Part shown: positions 13,490 to 28,287 of the stretch, piece after piece
Layout of the letters: each line of letters starts with the position of its first letter
Position numbering within the stretch: position 1 is the stretch's first letter
Assembly: GCA_964016885.1 (NCBI GenBank)
Contig: OZ024740.1
Location: 366,978,001 to 367,042,000 of the forward strand
Source: Eledone cirrhosa
Lineage: Eukaryota
Length of the DNA stretch: 64,000 nucleotides
Reading direction: 5' to 3'
Program-made: the position numbers and the translations under genes
Notes under the pieces: generated by a model
What the model was told of the DNA's origin: nothing
What the model saw: only the letters and a program-made list of their open reading frames with translations
Database searches by the model: none

Positions 13490-14865
13490 ATATCAAGTGG
13501 TAATTGATATAGAGGGGGAATTGAGAGAAAGTGAGGTATGGTTGATGTAGAGAGGGAGAGAGTTTGGTGGTAATGGATAGAGTGAGTTGATTGATAGAGA
13601 TAGGTATTGATAGACATAGAGAGGGGAAGAGTTTGATAGTGATGGAGAGAGTTAGAGGGAATGAAAGAAAGTGTTGTATGGTAGATGTAGAGAGGGGGAT
13701 AATTTGGTAATAATTGATATAGAGAGGGGTATTGGGAGAGGGTGATATATGGTAGATATATAGAGAGGAAGTTTGGTAGTGATGGAGAGAGTGAGAGGGA
13801 ATGAGGGAGAGCATTGTATGGTAGATATAGAGAGGAAGATAGTTTGGAGGGAGACAGATTAATGTTTATTGATATAGAGAAGGGTATTGAAAGAGATTTC
13901 CGTGTAGTAGATAAAGAGAGGCGTATAATTTTGTGCTAATTGATACACAGAGGGATATTGGAAGATAGTTCCGTTTAGAAAGGGGGAGAGTTTGGTGTTA
14001 CTTCATATAGAGAAGGGGATAGGAAGAGTATGTTGTATGGTTGATGTAGAGGGAGAGTTTGGTGGTAATGAATAGAGTGAGAGGATTGATAGAGATAGGT
14101 ATTTATAGATATAGAGAGGGGGAGAATTAGGTAGTGATAGATAGTGTGAGAGGGAATGAGAGAGTGTGTTGTATGGTAGGTATGGAGATGCAGATAGTAT
14201 CGTAGGTATGGAGAGGCAGATAGTATGGTGGTAATTAATATAGAGATGGGTGTTGGAAAAGAGTTCCATGTAGTAGATAAAGAGAGGGGGAGAGTTTGGT
14301 ATTAATTGATATAGAGAGGAGTATTGCAAGAGAGTTCCAAATAGTAGATATAGGGAAGGGGATATTTTGGTGTTAATTGCTATAGAGAGGAGTATTGCAA
14401 GAGAGTTCTGAGTAAGAGATATAGAGAGGGGGAGAGTTTGGTGTTAATTGATATAGAGAGGAATTTTGCAAGAGCGTTCCGTGTAGTAGATATAGAGAGA
14501 GGGGAGAGTTTGATGTTAATTGATATATAGAGGGGATTGGAAGAGAGTACCTTGTAGTAGATATAGAGAGGTGGAGATTTGGTGGTTTTAGATACACAGG
14601 GAAGGATAATGGGAGAGTGCCATGTAGTAGATACAGAGAGGGTGAGAGTTTAGCGGGTGATTGATATACTGAGGGTTATTGGGAGAGATATGTGTAGATA
14701 TTTATAGAGAGTGAGAGAGTGTATTAGTCTTAGATATAGAGAGTGGGATAAGAGAGGTGGTGTCGTGGTAGATAAAGAGAAGGGTATAGTTTCCTTTTAG
14801 TAGATACATTGAGGAGGATAAAAGAGAGTTTTGTGTGATAGACATAGAGAGCAGGAGAGTTTGGT
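13490..14865. repeat. Degenerate purine-rich minisatellite (right part)
   Basis: Same units as 7550-7850, with strong G/A strand bias. Confidence 0.85.
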
Positions 14866-15192
14866 AGCACTCTCGGGTCCCAAATAATAGGAGGGGTGGA
14901 AATAATGGGGTGGGTGCTTGGGAAATCAGTAAATGTGTAGTGTACGTTCGTAAAAATGTGATTTCTTTTAATGTTCTTCTTTTATCATATATATAATGTT
15001 TTTTTAATGTAAAATAAAATTATTTTTAGATTCTCCAGCTGCTGTATCAATATGAATATATGTATGTATGCCCCCCTCCAATAATTATATTTTCTCCCCA
15101 AACTAAAGTGCAAAGAGCTAAATTGATCATTACGACTAAATTGACCAAATTTGCCCCCCCCCCCGCCTCCATTCAGAAATGCTGCCACCGCA

Positions 15193-15266
<74 letters not shown>

Positions 15267-15269
<3 letters not shown>

Positions 15270-15355
15270 AAGGAAGTGTGGTAAGGAACCAGATGGACCA
15301 TAACGCACCAGAGTACTCAATACTTAATGTAGTAGAGTGGGTAATGGGGTTAAAC
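15267..15355 (-). mobile_element. ~85-bp PLE-associated terminal fragment
   Basis: Reverse complement of 24881-24950 and 36861-36942 (TTACCC...GTATTGAG.ACT.TGGTG.GTTAT.GTCCA..TGGT.CCTTACCAC). Always abuts (TA)n. Confidence 0.7.
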
Positions 15356-16454
15356 ATTTTCCAATATATATATATATATATAGTAATAATCATAAATTTG
15401 AAGATTAAAATCCAAAGAGGGCTCGATAAGGATAAATATATATCAAATATATAAGAACCGTAGAGCAAAGAATCGCTGCTTTCACCCTTAACGGGATCTT
15501 CTGAAACTAACAAAGTCAATCTGTAAACGGAGAAGTGGATATTTCAAAAAACGTTGCAACCGGAGGAAGACAGGAAGACGATACTTTAGTTCGTGGAAAC
15601 GTTCCCTGGCAAAGAACGGGAAAAAACGAATAATACGTCATTAATAGGAGCGGTGAATAACAATTACGCGCAAAGACAGAACCACGTTTATGGTATAAAA
15701 GAGGTCGTAGATTAATGTTCTCTTAGGTGGTTCATATGTGCGTAGCTTTGTATACCTATGGTAATTGTTTTGCGTATGCTTGTGTATGTACGTATTTGTT
15801 TGCGTGTATGTATTTATTTATTTCGTTTACTTCTGTATTGTATTTATTTACTTTGTCCTTAACTCTGTAGCGGAGATCATTCGGTCTCCTAGTTAGAATT
15901 TTAGTCTGCGACTTCTGCTATACCATTTACGTGGTTTTGTCTTTGCGTGCTATTGTTCTCCACGCTCCACATATGACGTATTATCTTCGTTTTTTTCGTT
16001 CATTGCCAGAGAACGTCTCTATGAACCACCTAAGAGAACATTAATCTACGACCTCTTTTATACCATAAACGTGGTTCTGTCTTTGCGTGTAATTGTTTTT
16101 CACCTCTCCTATTAATGACGTATTATATTCGTTTTTTCCCGTTCTTTGCCAGCGAACGTTTCCACGAACCAAAGTATCGTCTTCCTGTCTTCCTCCGGTT
16201 GCAACGTTTTTTGAAATATCCACTTCTGCGTTTTCAGATTGACATTGTTAGTTTCAGAAGATCCCGTTAAGGGTGAAAGCAGCGATTCTTTGCTTAAACT
16301 TTAATCTGTTATTTTAATAAATATTTGCTCTACGGTTCTTATATATTTGATATATATTTATCCTTATCGAGCCCTCTTTGGATTTTAGTCTTCAAATGTA
16401 TTATTATTACTATTTGGCTCCCTCGGTTGAGCACTCTACTGACTTATATTCATC

Positions 16455-18578
16455 ATGCAGAAACAACATCTCAATATTTCTACAAAGAACATACCCGTAC
16501 CAAGCAGGAAAACATACCTAAAACTCCTGATACAGAAAACAGACGCGTTCATTAAAAGGTTGCGTTGGCGTGCCTTTTATTTCGATAATCCGCGAAAAGC
16601 AGACAACAAACAGGATAAATTTGGATTTAAAACCTATAATAACCCCCGTGTAATCCAGCATTGCTACCCTTCGAAAATGATTTCTTGGAACTCATTAGAA
16701 GTATCAAATTTCGGAATAGGAGCAATTCCTTCCAGCAAGACCTGAAGAATAGAATTCGTTCTATTAAGGATTCTAATGCCGTGCACGTCCATTCCGACAA
16801 AACTGGCAAACTATTTCAAGTGGAGTGTAGTACTTACCACCAACTACTACATAATGCTGTAACTAAGGATTACCGTAAAACTAATCGGTGCGTCATCAAT
16901 GAAATCAACGATGCTGGGTTTAAAATCACATCTGATCTCAACTTCCTGGACCGGACCGAAGCTCTGGACCCTATTTCTCCCCACTTTACCCGGAAGGATC
17001 ACAAATCCAATTTTCCGAACAACCCCTCTATTCGGCTTATTAACCCTACGAAGTCCGATTTAGGTAGACTTAGTAAAACGATTCTTGATAGAATTATACC
17101 TGAAATTAGAAGTTTGGCCCCTCTTGCACTGTGGAACAATTCTTTCGCGGTGATTGATTGGTTCAACGGCATATGTAACAAGGAACATTGCCGTTTTATA
17201 TAATTCGACATCAACAATTACTACTCCTCCATCACTTTACCACTTCTCCTTAGAGCTATCAATTTCGCTAAAACACTCACAGTGGTTAAGGATTTGGAAG
17301 TTGATGTCATCCTCAATGCCCGAAAGTCGGTGATTAATTTCGACGACTCTATTTGGATTAAAAAATCCAATAGTACCCCATTCGACGTGAGTATGGGCGC
17401 CAGTGATTCTGCGGAGGTTACTGATCTTATCGGCCTTTACCTTCTTTTCTCTATCAAGGACGAATTCCCCAACGCGGGCGGTGGTTTGTACCGTGACGAT
17501 GGTCTTTTGACCATGACCAAGTGCGGACCTCGTGCTTGCGACAGGTTCCGAAAAGAACTCACTGCCTTCTTTAAAGGCTTCAACCTCTCTATACAGGTTG
17601 AGGTCAATCTCTCGGTCGTTAATTACCTCGACGTTACTCTCAATTTATTGAATGGGTTGTATTATCCGTATAGAAAGCCGAATGATACGCTTAATTACAT
17701 AAGTAAGCATTCCAACCATCCTGCCAGCATAACCAAGAACCTGGTAAGAAACGTTTCGTTGAGACTTTCCCGTCTTTCCACCAACGAGCGTATTTTCAAC
17801 GACCATTCCACTTATTACAATGAAGCTCTTGCTCGAAGTGGATTTGTCGATAAGGTAACATATACAGAGTACGAAAATAGACCTAGAAGAAATAGATCCC
17901 GTCGCATTTGTTGGTATAACCCACCATATAATATGGAGGTGGCCACACCATTAGCTAAGATCTTTCTTTCCCTTATTACGAAGCATTTTCCCCCTACACA
18001 TAAATATAGTAACATTTTTAATAGAAATACTATTAAAATTTCTTACTCTACGACTCCTAACCTTGCACATCACAGCTTCAAATCTAGCTAAACTACCTAG
18101 CCGTAGGAACACGTGCAACCCTGTAGTTAGTACTAACTGTAATTGTAGGAATCGGATTGATTGCCCCCTATCTGGGAAATGCCTCTCTAGTAACATTGTC
18201 TACAAATGTAAGGTTGTAACACCCACGTCCCGTAGGGCCTACATAGGGTTAACCGCCAATAGATTCAAGCAGCGTCTCTACATACATACCCATTCTTTTC
18301 GTTACCCTCTAAGAAGGAATATGACGTGACTTTCAGCTTATATCTGGAGTCTAAAAGACAACCACACCCAATATAAGTTACACTGGGAGATCCTAGCTAG
18401 GGCTAGATCGTATAACGGAAATAAAAGACCACGTGACCTCTGCGCCGCTGAGGCCCTGGAAATACTCTACGCCACAGACCTCATCTTAAACAAAAAATCT
18501 GAGGCAATTTCGGCTTGTAAACATAAATTGCACAAAACTTTCCTGTATTACAGCCCCACGTTATACCCTAACGGATAG
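16455..18578 (+). pseudogene. PLE reverse transcriptase plus GIY-YIG endonuclease (stops and frameshifts)
   Basis: FIKRLRWRA, SDKTG, IRLINP, SMGASDSAEV, LYRDDGL, YLDVTLNL, YRKPND, SNHP, WYNPPY, CNCR..CPLSGKC, IVYKC...YIGLTANRFKQR. Confidence 0.92.
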
Positions 18579-19363
18579 TACGATCTATACGTGGATATTT
18601 TACGTCTTGATGTGGGAGCTAAGTATATGTTTTGTTTATAACATTACTTATTTGCATAGGTAAGTATATATTACCCGTATGTTTTGTGAAGGTACGTATA
18701 TTTGATTGTTTATGTTATGGCGTATAATTTTATATATTCTGGTACATTTGGTTTGGCTATGTGTATACGGGAGTTTTGCGTCTGTGTGAGTATGCAGGTT
18801 CGTACGTATGTAGGGTGTGTGTATATGTGTACTTCATCTTTTGGTTGACTTACGTCTCCGAACATTCGTGTATTTACATGTAGGTATGTGTGTGCGCTTG
18901 TTATATACGTATTTATTTATTTATATACGTTATATAATTATTTATTTATTTGTATACACGCATACACACACACACATATTTATATGTGCGTGACTTTGTA
19001 TACCTATGGTAAGTGTTTTGCGTATGCTTGTGTATGTACGTATTTGTTTGCGTGTATGTATTTATTTATTTCGATTACTTCTGTATTGTATTTATTTACT
19101 TTGTCCTTAACTCTGTAGCGGAGATTCATTCGGTCTCCTAGTTAGAATTTTAGTCTGCGACTTCTGCTATACCATTTACGTGGTTTTGTCTTTGCGTGCT
19201 ATTGTTCTCCACGCTCCACATATGACGTATTATCTTCGTTTTTTTCGTTCATTGCCAGAGAACGTCTCTATGAACCACCTAAGAGAACATTAATCTACGA
19301 CCTCTTTTATACCATAAACGTGGTTCTCTTTGCGCGTAATTGTTTTTCACCGCTCCTATTAAT

Positions 19364-19545
19364 TGTTTCTACTTTTGGCACAAGGCCAGCAATTAACCAG
19401 TGCATTACTGGTACTTTATTTTATCGACCTCGTAAGGATGAAAGGCAAAGTTAACCTCGGCGGGATTTGAACTCAGAATGGCAAGGGCCGTAACTCTATA
19501 AGTCGAAGCATGGCGTCCGACCTTCTACCGATACTGCCAATCCAC
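19364..19545 (-). mobile_element. Full-length tRNA-derived SINE inserted in the PLE 3' pLTR
   Basis: A box TGGCAGTATCGG and B box GAGTTCAAATCC on the minus strand. 16-bp TSD CACCGCTCCTATTAAT at 19348-19363 and 19543-19558. Absent from the 5' pLTR copy. Confidence 0.9.
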
Positions 19546-19762
19546 CGCTCCTATTAATGACGTATTATATTCGTTTTTTTCCCGTTCTTTTTCAGCGAAC
19601 GTTTCCACGAACCAAAGTATCGTCTCCCTGCCTTCCTCAGGTTGCAACGTTTTTTGAAATATCCACTTCTGCGTTTACAGATTGACTTTGTTAGTTTCAG
19701 AAGATCCCGTTAAGGGTGAAAGCAGCGATTCTTTGCTTAAACTTTAATCTGTTATTTTAATA

Positions 19763-19797
<35 letters not shown>

Positions 19798-19838
19798 TTA
19801 TATATATGTGTGTGTGTATGTATGTGTGCGTATGTGTG

Positions 19839-19925
19839 TACCGTATTTGACAGCTTATCAAGCGCACTTTTCTACAAAAAATATCCCAGAAAACCACCCT
19901 GCGTCTTAAAAGGTTAGGGGTCAGT
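19839..19925 (+). mobile_element. Possible Tc1/pogo-type transposon end
   Basis: TA-CCGTATTT...AAGCGCAC...TGCGTCTTA resembles Tc2/pogo termini. No clear partner end found. Confidence 0.3.
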
Positions 19926-20149
19926 TTTGGTTACTGTGCAGTGGAATTCTGGTGATAGAGTGGCATTTAAATGAAACCGCAAATATCTCTGCAAATGTAA
20001 TCAAGGCGGCCATTGCTTCTCCACAAACAAGTAATAAAAGCTACAATTTTAATAAATTTTATGATGAATAAAATAAATTTATTTTCATTGTTTTTATCTT
20101 CAAAATAAAAAGTTGATGTTACAGATGTTGTTAATGTTGAACTCTAGCG

Positions 20150-20600
20150 GTCTAAACCCATTGTTTCCGGCATAAGCGGTTCTTTCGATGAACTTTTCAA
20201 CCTTCTCTCCAGACTTCTCAAATCTCACCTTCACACCTTCCGCGGACACATCGGCAGTTCACAAGAAGTAATCAACAGACTAAAAAAAGTTAACACTACA
20301 AGACTTAGATAAAATAGACACCCATTTCACTCTACATCTCTGTCCCCCCTCCCCGGCCATCGACTTAATTACGGACAACATAACACATCTACCGACCTCA
20401 ATTGATCTGGGCTCACTGCTGCTGAAATCCACGAGCTTCTCTTTGACATATACAATACATTTTTCTTAATTTGAAGGCCCCGCCAACAAACAAATTTCAG
20501 GACTTTCAATGGGATCAAGTCTATCAGGCTTGTTGGCCATCACGTACATGGACCAGTTGGAGTACACAGCACTCATTATCATCCTTTCGGACCAAGGAGC
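20150..20600 (+). pseudogene. Degenerate PLE RT fragment
   Basis: MGSSLSGLLAITYMDQLE at about 20509-20562 closely matches MGSSLSGILAIPYMDHLE of the 30056-30976 ORF. Confidence 0.7.
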
Positions 20601-21218
20601 ACATGACGACGAGAGCTTCTTCTGTTAAAAAACACAAAACAATTTGACAGATGCCGCAGCCAAGACATGATGTCACCCTAGAATGTAACGGAAAGGAATA
20701 CAAGAAATTAAAGAATCAAAGAGGTCACTATAATCAACCGAAAAAAACTACGGGTAGATAATAGATTGGAAATGCACGAACCAGACTGGTTACTATGACG
20801 ATTTCAGGCATGCGTATTTCAGAGGCGTAGGACAGTTAAGGAAGAACATTCGTATCGTTTTTTTAACTGTGTCAGCTCTACATTTGAGAAGAAAATTTTA
20901 CCCTAAAATATTATGTTAAAAATATATAGGGTAAAATTGCTTTGTTTTGTTTTATTTGTCCTCATTTGCACCTTATATTTTTTCTCCCACATAGTACCGG
21001 TTTTTGAAACTTATAGGGTTTTAATTACATATCCCACAGTGCTTCGCATTAACTATATTACATTTAACACACACACACATATATATATATTTAATATTTA
21101 ATATAGAAATGGCTTCTACAGGATTAGAACTGTTTCATTCGAGGGAAATCATCAGATACACCCCCCCCCACACACAAATATATATATCTGTATATACCAT
21201 ATGTATGTATATATATAT

Positions 21219-21600
21219 ATTAATAAAAGGAATTCCAACTTTGTCTGATTTACTCGTTTTATTTACAATCCTTTAAAATTTACATGGTATTAGAATGAAA
21301 TAGTATGGTAGAATATTAAATGTTAAGTGTTAATTGAACAAGTACTTTCATGCTTTCGCAATCTTCAGGTTCGTATTGTGTGGTGACAGTCAAGTTTGCA
21401 ATTTTCAACTTGAAAATTGCAAACTTGACTGTCACCACAGAGTATGAACTTGAAGATTGCGAAAGCATGAAAGTACTTGTTCAACTAACACTTAACATTT
21501 AATATTCTACCATACTATTTCATTCTAATACCATTATAAATTTTAAAGGATTGTAAATAAAACGAGTAAATCAGACAAAGTTGGAATTCCTTTTATTAAT
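21219..21600. mobile_element. ~190-bp-arm near-perfect palindrome of an HHR-bearing pLTR fragment
   Basis: Arms are reverse complements about position 21409 with a 1-nt spacer. (TA)n flanks. Confidence 0.9.
21336..21372 (-). ncRNA. Minimal type I hammerhead ribozyme
   Basis: gaac-CTGAAGA-tTGC-gaaa-GCAt-GAAA-gtac-TT-gttc, with palindromic GTAC stem III. The mirror copy at 21446-21482 (+) has C3 changed to T. Confidence 0.75.
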
Positions 21601-21649
21601 ATAATCTTCTATACACAATCATACACACCTGTGTATATTTATCTATATA

Positions 21650-21753
<104 letters not shown>

Positions 21754-22873
21754 TGTGTGTGTGTGAAGATATCAAATACATTACACATGTGTATGTGCAT
21801 TTATTATTAATAACCCAGCTTTTATAAAAATCTACTCTAATATTATAATATTAGCTTGTGTGTGCGACTGGATATGTGTGTGTACGTGTGTATATATCCC
21901 GATCTTGATATGCAGAACAGCGATGGTGTGATGTCTGGGCTATGAATAATATCTACTCTATTTATTAAAATACTTTCTTCTCTTCTAAGCAATATCGATT
22001 GCGATAGTCAACTTTCGATGTATGCTGATAACCAATAAATAAACAACCGTCTGCGTTCTATATTGTTTTGTCTTTATAAATTCTTCAAGGAACATGTATG
22101 TTTTAAGCCCTAATAAGTGATGCAATGTAAGGGAGATAATTTTTTTTTATAAAGGAAAACGAAAACTGACTCACATTTGTATCGTTGAGTTATGTACCTT
22201 ATTTTCAAGCAAATATTGCAGGGAAATTAGTAAAACTGAAGAAATATTCTTTAATCTCAGATCCGCCACAATCCATGACATAGGCATTTGCGCTGTGGCC
22301 ATCTCGCATTTTATTCAAACTAATTGTATCCTACAATTGCATTACTCGTTTAATTGTGATTTGAGATAGAGATTAGCTTTTTGTAACTAGCAGGTCGTGG
22401 GAACCATATTCGATTAAACGAATGTTTTTCTACATGTGATTTTGGTATTGTTTTCATCTGAACCCCTACCTTTCTCCAGATCACTTCATCTTGTATTGCA
22501 TAGAGCAACTAAGATTACAATATTTAATATATCCTTTCTTTTGTTAAGGTATTAAGGATTGGTTTGAGGAAAATTTGTTGATCTACCTAACAGATTGAAA
22601 GATTACAAAGTGGTTTCCCCATTTGCCTATAGATGAATTGGTATTAACTGAAATAATGTGAAGTTCAATTCCTGTTCTAATAGTTTTTCCATGCATTCCG
22701 CTTCAAACTACGAATGATAATATACATTATTGCCTTCTAGACAGAACACATATGTATATACATATTCGAGTAAGAATGTTTGATATAAGGAACGTAAAAA
22801 AAAAAAAAATCTTTTAAGAAAAGCACGTGTGTAATCAGTCAGCCATTTTATACATGGACGTAATTTTCAGTAG

Positions 22874-22910
<37 letters not shown>

Positions 22911-23016
22911 TAAACGGAATAGAAAATGCTGACAAATTTTTTAACATAAAAACAGGTAGAATTCCCCAAACTAATCAGATCAGAGCAAACAGCACGGACA
23001 CTCTATCTCAAAATTA

Positions 23017-23054
23017 TTTTTGAAAAGCATTTAGAAATGCGCAACCGGTAAAAA
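23017..23054 (+). ncRNA. Degenerate U3-A8 variant hammerhead in a short inverted-end insert (22907-23210)
   Basis: ttt-TTGAAAA-GCATT-taga-AATGC-GCAA-ccgg-TA-aaa, with GAAA mutated to GCAA. 22907-22943 is inverted at 23141-23178. Confidence 0.5.
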
Positions 23055-23210
23055 CTTAAAAACTTAAAACCACAACTGAATACTAACCCATACAATCACT
23101 AATACTCTTTTATTCCTAATTAAACCATTTTTCAACTGTGAACAATTTGTCACCATTTTCTATTCCGTTTACCAATATATAATAACTTGTGTGTTACACC
23201 TCTATTCTTT

Positions 23211-23289
<79 letters not shown>

Positions 23290-23393
23290 GTGAGGTTTTT
23301 TTGTCCTACACGAGTGAAAGTATAAAGAAAAAAAGATGAAATCGAAAATGCAACTGGAGTCTTATTTAAAAAAAATATATATATTTATTTGGT

Positions 23394-23433
23394 TCCTTTA
23401 CCGGTTTCGCAGTTCTTCTGCTTTTCAAAAGTA
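23394..23433 (-). ncRNA. Minimal hammerhead, U3-A8 core variant
   Basis: tactt-TTGAAAA-GCAG-aagaa-CTGC-GAAA-ccgg-TA-aagga. Confidence 0.65.
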
Positions 23434-24239
23434 GAGTTGAGATGGAGGGTCTGTGGTTTTTCTATATACATATATATATCCTTCCATGATTGTTTTAAAC
23501 CTACTATTTACTTTTACTTTTACATATTACAATACATAAAAACAATCTTAAACCCTAACTAACTTCTTTTTTAATATATTATAATATTACCTTTAGAAAA
23601 ATCTTTCTTAAACACATATACTTTTTGACGTTAGATATTTTCTTCCTTAAACTTTCTTTTTCTTCTCTCCTTCCGTGCTAAATCTACTATTTACGTTTAC
23701 ATGTAACAATACATAAAATAAACTTAAACCCTAACTAATTCCTCTAAGTTCATAACTCATTTATTCTTCTCCTTCTTTCAAATGATATCCTTAATATCAT
23801 TAATATTTTTATTTTAATAATACATATTAATAATTTCTTTTCCTCGCACATATTATTAAACCCTTCAATATACAAACCTTAATTTAATACTATTCTTAAT
23901 TCCTTTTTCTTCATGCATAAACCTCATTAACTTTTAATTTCAAAATCTTTAAAATTATCTATTATCTTCCAACGGTTTTTTAATTTCTATCTGTGAGACA
24001 ATATTTTCTCAGTTGTAAAGGCTATCCTTCATTCACTCATTTCTCCTCCTCTCTCATCCTTCCTTCTTATACTCCTCCACCACCATCCTTTACTCTTATT
24101 TCTTCCTCTTCCTTACCTTTTCATACCCCCCCCCTCAATTTTTTACCAATCTTATATATCCATATTAGTTTATTGTTCATATGTTGATTTAAAACTTCAC
24201 TGCTCACAAGTGTTTTTTAAGCTTCATATCATGTCTCCC

Positions 24240-24310
24240 TATTTTATCTGATGAGAACGCAGATATCGTCCCATGATGATATTTGTTTTTGAAATGCGCA
24301 TAATAAAATA
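24240..24310 (+). ncRNA. Type I hammerhead ribozyme
   Basis: TATTTTAT-CTGATGA-(16-bp stem II with G-U pairs, CCAT loop)-GAAA-tgcgca-TA-ATAAAATA. Perfect 8-bp stem I and palindromic stem III. Homolog at 44004-44074 (-). Confidence 0.85.
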
Positions 24311-24340
24311 CTTGGAACGCTTTTAACCATCTTTTGATCT

Positions 24341-24426
<86 letters not shown>

Positions 24427-24751
24427 TATATTGAGTTAGGAACTCAAAATAGTCTCTTACAACAAAATAGCCCTAAGAAAGAGATATTTCTGAGCCGTAT
24501 ATTATAATAGAAAATAAAAGAAAAACGAACACAGATATATAGATATATGTGTTAAAATCGTAAGGGACCTGATTCGCTAAGGTGAAAAGAATACTAACTA
24601 TAAACAATTGGGTTCGCTTGTCTCAATTTAAGAAAAAAATAAGAAAATAAATACAAACCGGAATTGTAGTAACTACCAATCACCCAGACAACTTGTTGTT
24701 TCGCAAAGTTAATTGTGAATAGAAATACTAATCCAAGCTCTTTTATTTTCT

Positions 24752-24799
<48 letters not shown>

Positions 24800-24802
<3 letters not shown>

Positions 24803-24947
24803 GGAGAAAGTATGACCCCGACGGCAGAGCTCAAGCTATTTCGACGGCTATTTCTGGACTTTAGTCCAGAAATAGCCGTCTATTACCCAGAGTATTGAGT
24901 ACTCTGGTGTGTTATAGTCCATCTGGTCCCTTACCACAACTCCTCCG

Positions 24948-24950
<3 letters not shown>
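24800..24950. mobile_element. Tiny fold-back PLE remnant with an HHR 3' half
   Basis: Minus strand reads tagccgtc-GAAA-tagct-tgagctc-tgccg-TC-ggggtc. Palindrome GACGGCTATTTCTGGACT-tt-AGTCCAGAAATAGCCGTC, then the 85-bp terminal fragment. Confidence 0.7.
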
Positions 24951-24988
<38 letters not shown>

Positions 24989-25574
24989 TAGTTAATTCTA
25001 TTAGACAATTCTATTAGACTAATTAATTGCTTAAGTTCATTTAAAAACAACCCGGTCGAGAGCTTAATTCGATTTGTGCAGATTTTTGCAATTCTTGCAA
25101 TAACTTTACACATTCTGAATGCATACGCCGAAAACCGGGGTTACCTCCCTTGCAGGGTAAACACGTGGGGTAGTCACTCCACCACTACTAATGCATTGGA
25201 ATCCGCTCGCCGGCTGAGAACAAAATACCTGTTGACGAAATGGCAGCCTTGTTCGATCGTTATACCAAAAGCTTACAACGAAAACAGACAGTTTCATTTA
25301 TTTAGGTGTCACAGAAACCTCCCACTGGATTCTACCATCAATCACCAGGAGGTCCAGGTAAACATTTTTGTTAACATGTTTAGCTGCTTCTTTTGTTATG
25401 GCTCCGGTGGCTGATAGCTTCATGACCGCCGTTTTCATTTTGTCCGGCCTCTATAACGTATGTTAATGGCTCTGGCCTTCTTTTAGTCCATTGAGCGCTT
25501 GCCGCATATCTCGAAAATTGCGTTTCGCTTTGCTTTTCATCACAGCCGAAATACGATCTCGCTGAAATTATATT

Positions 25575-25676
<102 letters not shown>

Positions 25677-25699
25677 AATATAATTATATAAATAAAAGG

Positions 25700-25873
25700 A
25701 TCGATCGACTTTCGTCAAATCGGACAGAGGAAACAATTTTTCCGTTGGTCTTTCCAGTTTCCAGTTGCTAGTACTATCTATCGGTCGAAACTCCAGTTAG
25801 AAGGAGCAGCGTGAAGTGTCTTGCTCAAGGTCATAACGCATGGCCCGGTAGAGGAATCGAACTCACAACCTCA
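25700..25873 (-). mobile_element. Second tRNA-SINE family (5'-truncated)
   Basis: Minus-strand B box GAGTTCGATTCC and TTGAGCAAGACACTTCAC. Homologous to 60855-61062. Confidence 0.7.
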
Positions 25874-25874
25874 A

Positions 25875-26795
<921 letters not shown>

Positions 26796-27078
26796 CATAA
26801 ATAAGAGGAAAGCACGAACTGGGGATAATGTTACTTCATCAGATGTCTGCGGGAGATCATGGATATTTCTACGCATTAATGACAAGATATCTAGCCCCAT
26901 TTCATCAATAACTAAAGGAAGTTATTGGGAAAAAAGGAGAGAGAGAAAAAAATATATAACAGAAGGGAAAAAGGAAGAAAAAGGAAAAAAAAAACTACAA
27001 AAAAAAAAAGAAAAATAACATACCGAAGAGGGAAACCCAAAAGCACATGTGTGAGAGCAACTCGAGAGCTACTAGACA

Positions 27079-27658
<580 letters not shown>

Positions 27659-27719
27659 TATTTTTAATAAGTCGACGAAACTAGCATGGTTTTCACTGCT
27701 AGTACTGGTTGCATCTAAG

Positions 27720-28287
27720 AGTACTCAATAGATAAAGTTATGTAAAATCCCAGAGTAGACATAGTTATTCGCTTCAATACAACACACGTAAATTGGTACC
27801 TTGAATCTATACCCGTGCTCGAGTTTCGCCTACACTTAATGCAGCAATAGAGTGCACAGTGTCCACTACCTACATATATTATACAACAATGCGCAATCGG
27901 CGCACGTGGCTTCATCAGCGAGTTTCGCCTAATCAATAACCAATCGATCGATAGAATTCAATTCCAGTCCATATCATATATATGTATATATATAACAGTA
28001 AAAGGTATAGAACCTGGAAAAAACAGGAATGGCCATGAAAGAAGAAGAGGTTAGAAGGAGAAAAGTTATGTAGAGTTCGTTTCTTAACGTATGTTTCTGT
28101 ACAATATCAGTCTACTAGCTCTGACTGCATAGCCTCATGCTCAATCGCAAGCATTACGTAAAAATATTGCTCTTCATCAGAAACAGTTACATATTTATAG
28201 TTCAAGGTGAGGTCGCTGCATTTTGCAATAAAAATCACTTATTGCAACCTATTTGGACCTATAGTCAACTGACGCACATATGTAAGA

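Larger units (their letters stand above)
15381..19765 (+). mobile_element. Penelope-like element, near full length, with direct pLTRs and a 5' inversion
   Basis: Direct repeats 15735-16323 and 18995-19765. 15381-15735 is an inverted copy of 16020-16412. RT plus GIY-YIG ORF between them, (TA)n flanks. Confidence 0.9.

Noticed and set aside
16247-16295. HHR-like CAGAAGA-tCCC/GGGt-GAAA in the PLE pLTR (also 15468-15510, 19690-19737)
   Set aside because: Core has A at U4 in all copies, and I could not form stem I or III. At most a derived relic.
18300-18335. In-frame TGA in the PLE GIY-YIG region as selenocysteine (as in some Naiad PLEs)
   Set aside because: It aligns with a non-Cys position (TTLSGHIW in the related 34800 ORF), and the ORF has other stops and frameshifts.
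21131-21160. CTGATGA-tTTC/GAAt-GAAA on minus
   Set aside because: Core present but no stem I partner. Truncated remnant.
21831-21975. Helitron-like 5' starts (TCTACTCTA..ATTA)
   Set aside because: No convincing matching hairpin plus CTRR 3' end located.
23549-23740. AAACCCTAAC telomere-like motifs
   Set aside because: Only two isolated copies inside a local ~180-bp duplication, not a telomeric tract.
25076-25414. 112-aa ORF in non-repetitive sequence
   Set aside because: No recognisable motif and a non-ATG start. Probably decayed transposon DNA.
26800-26880. CTGATGA on minus next to the TA tract
   Set aside because: No downstream GAAA or closing stem II.
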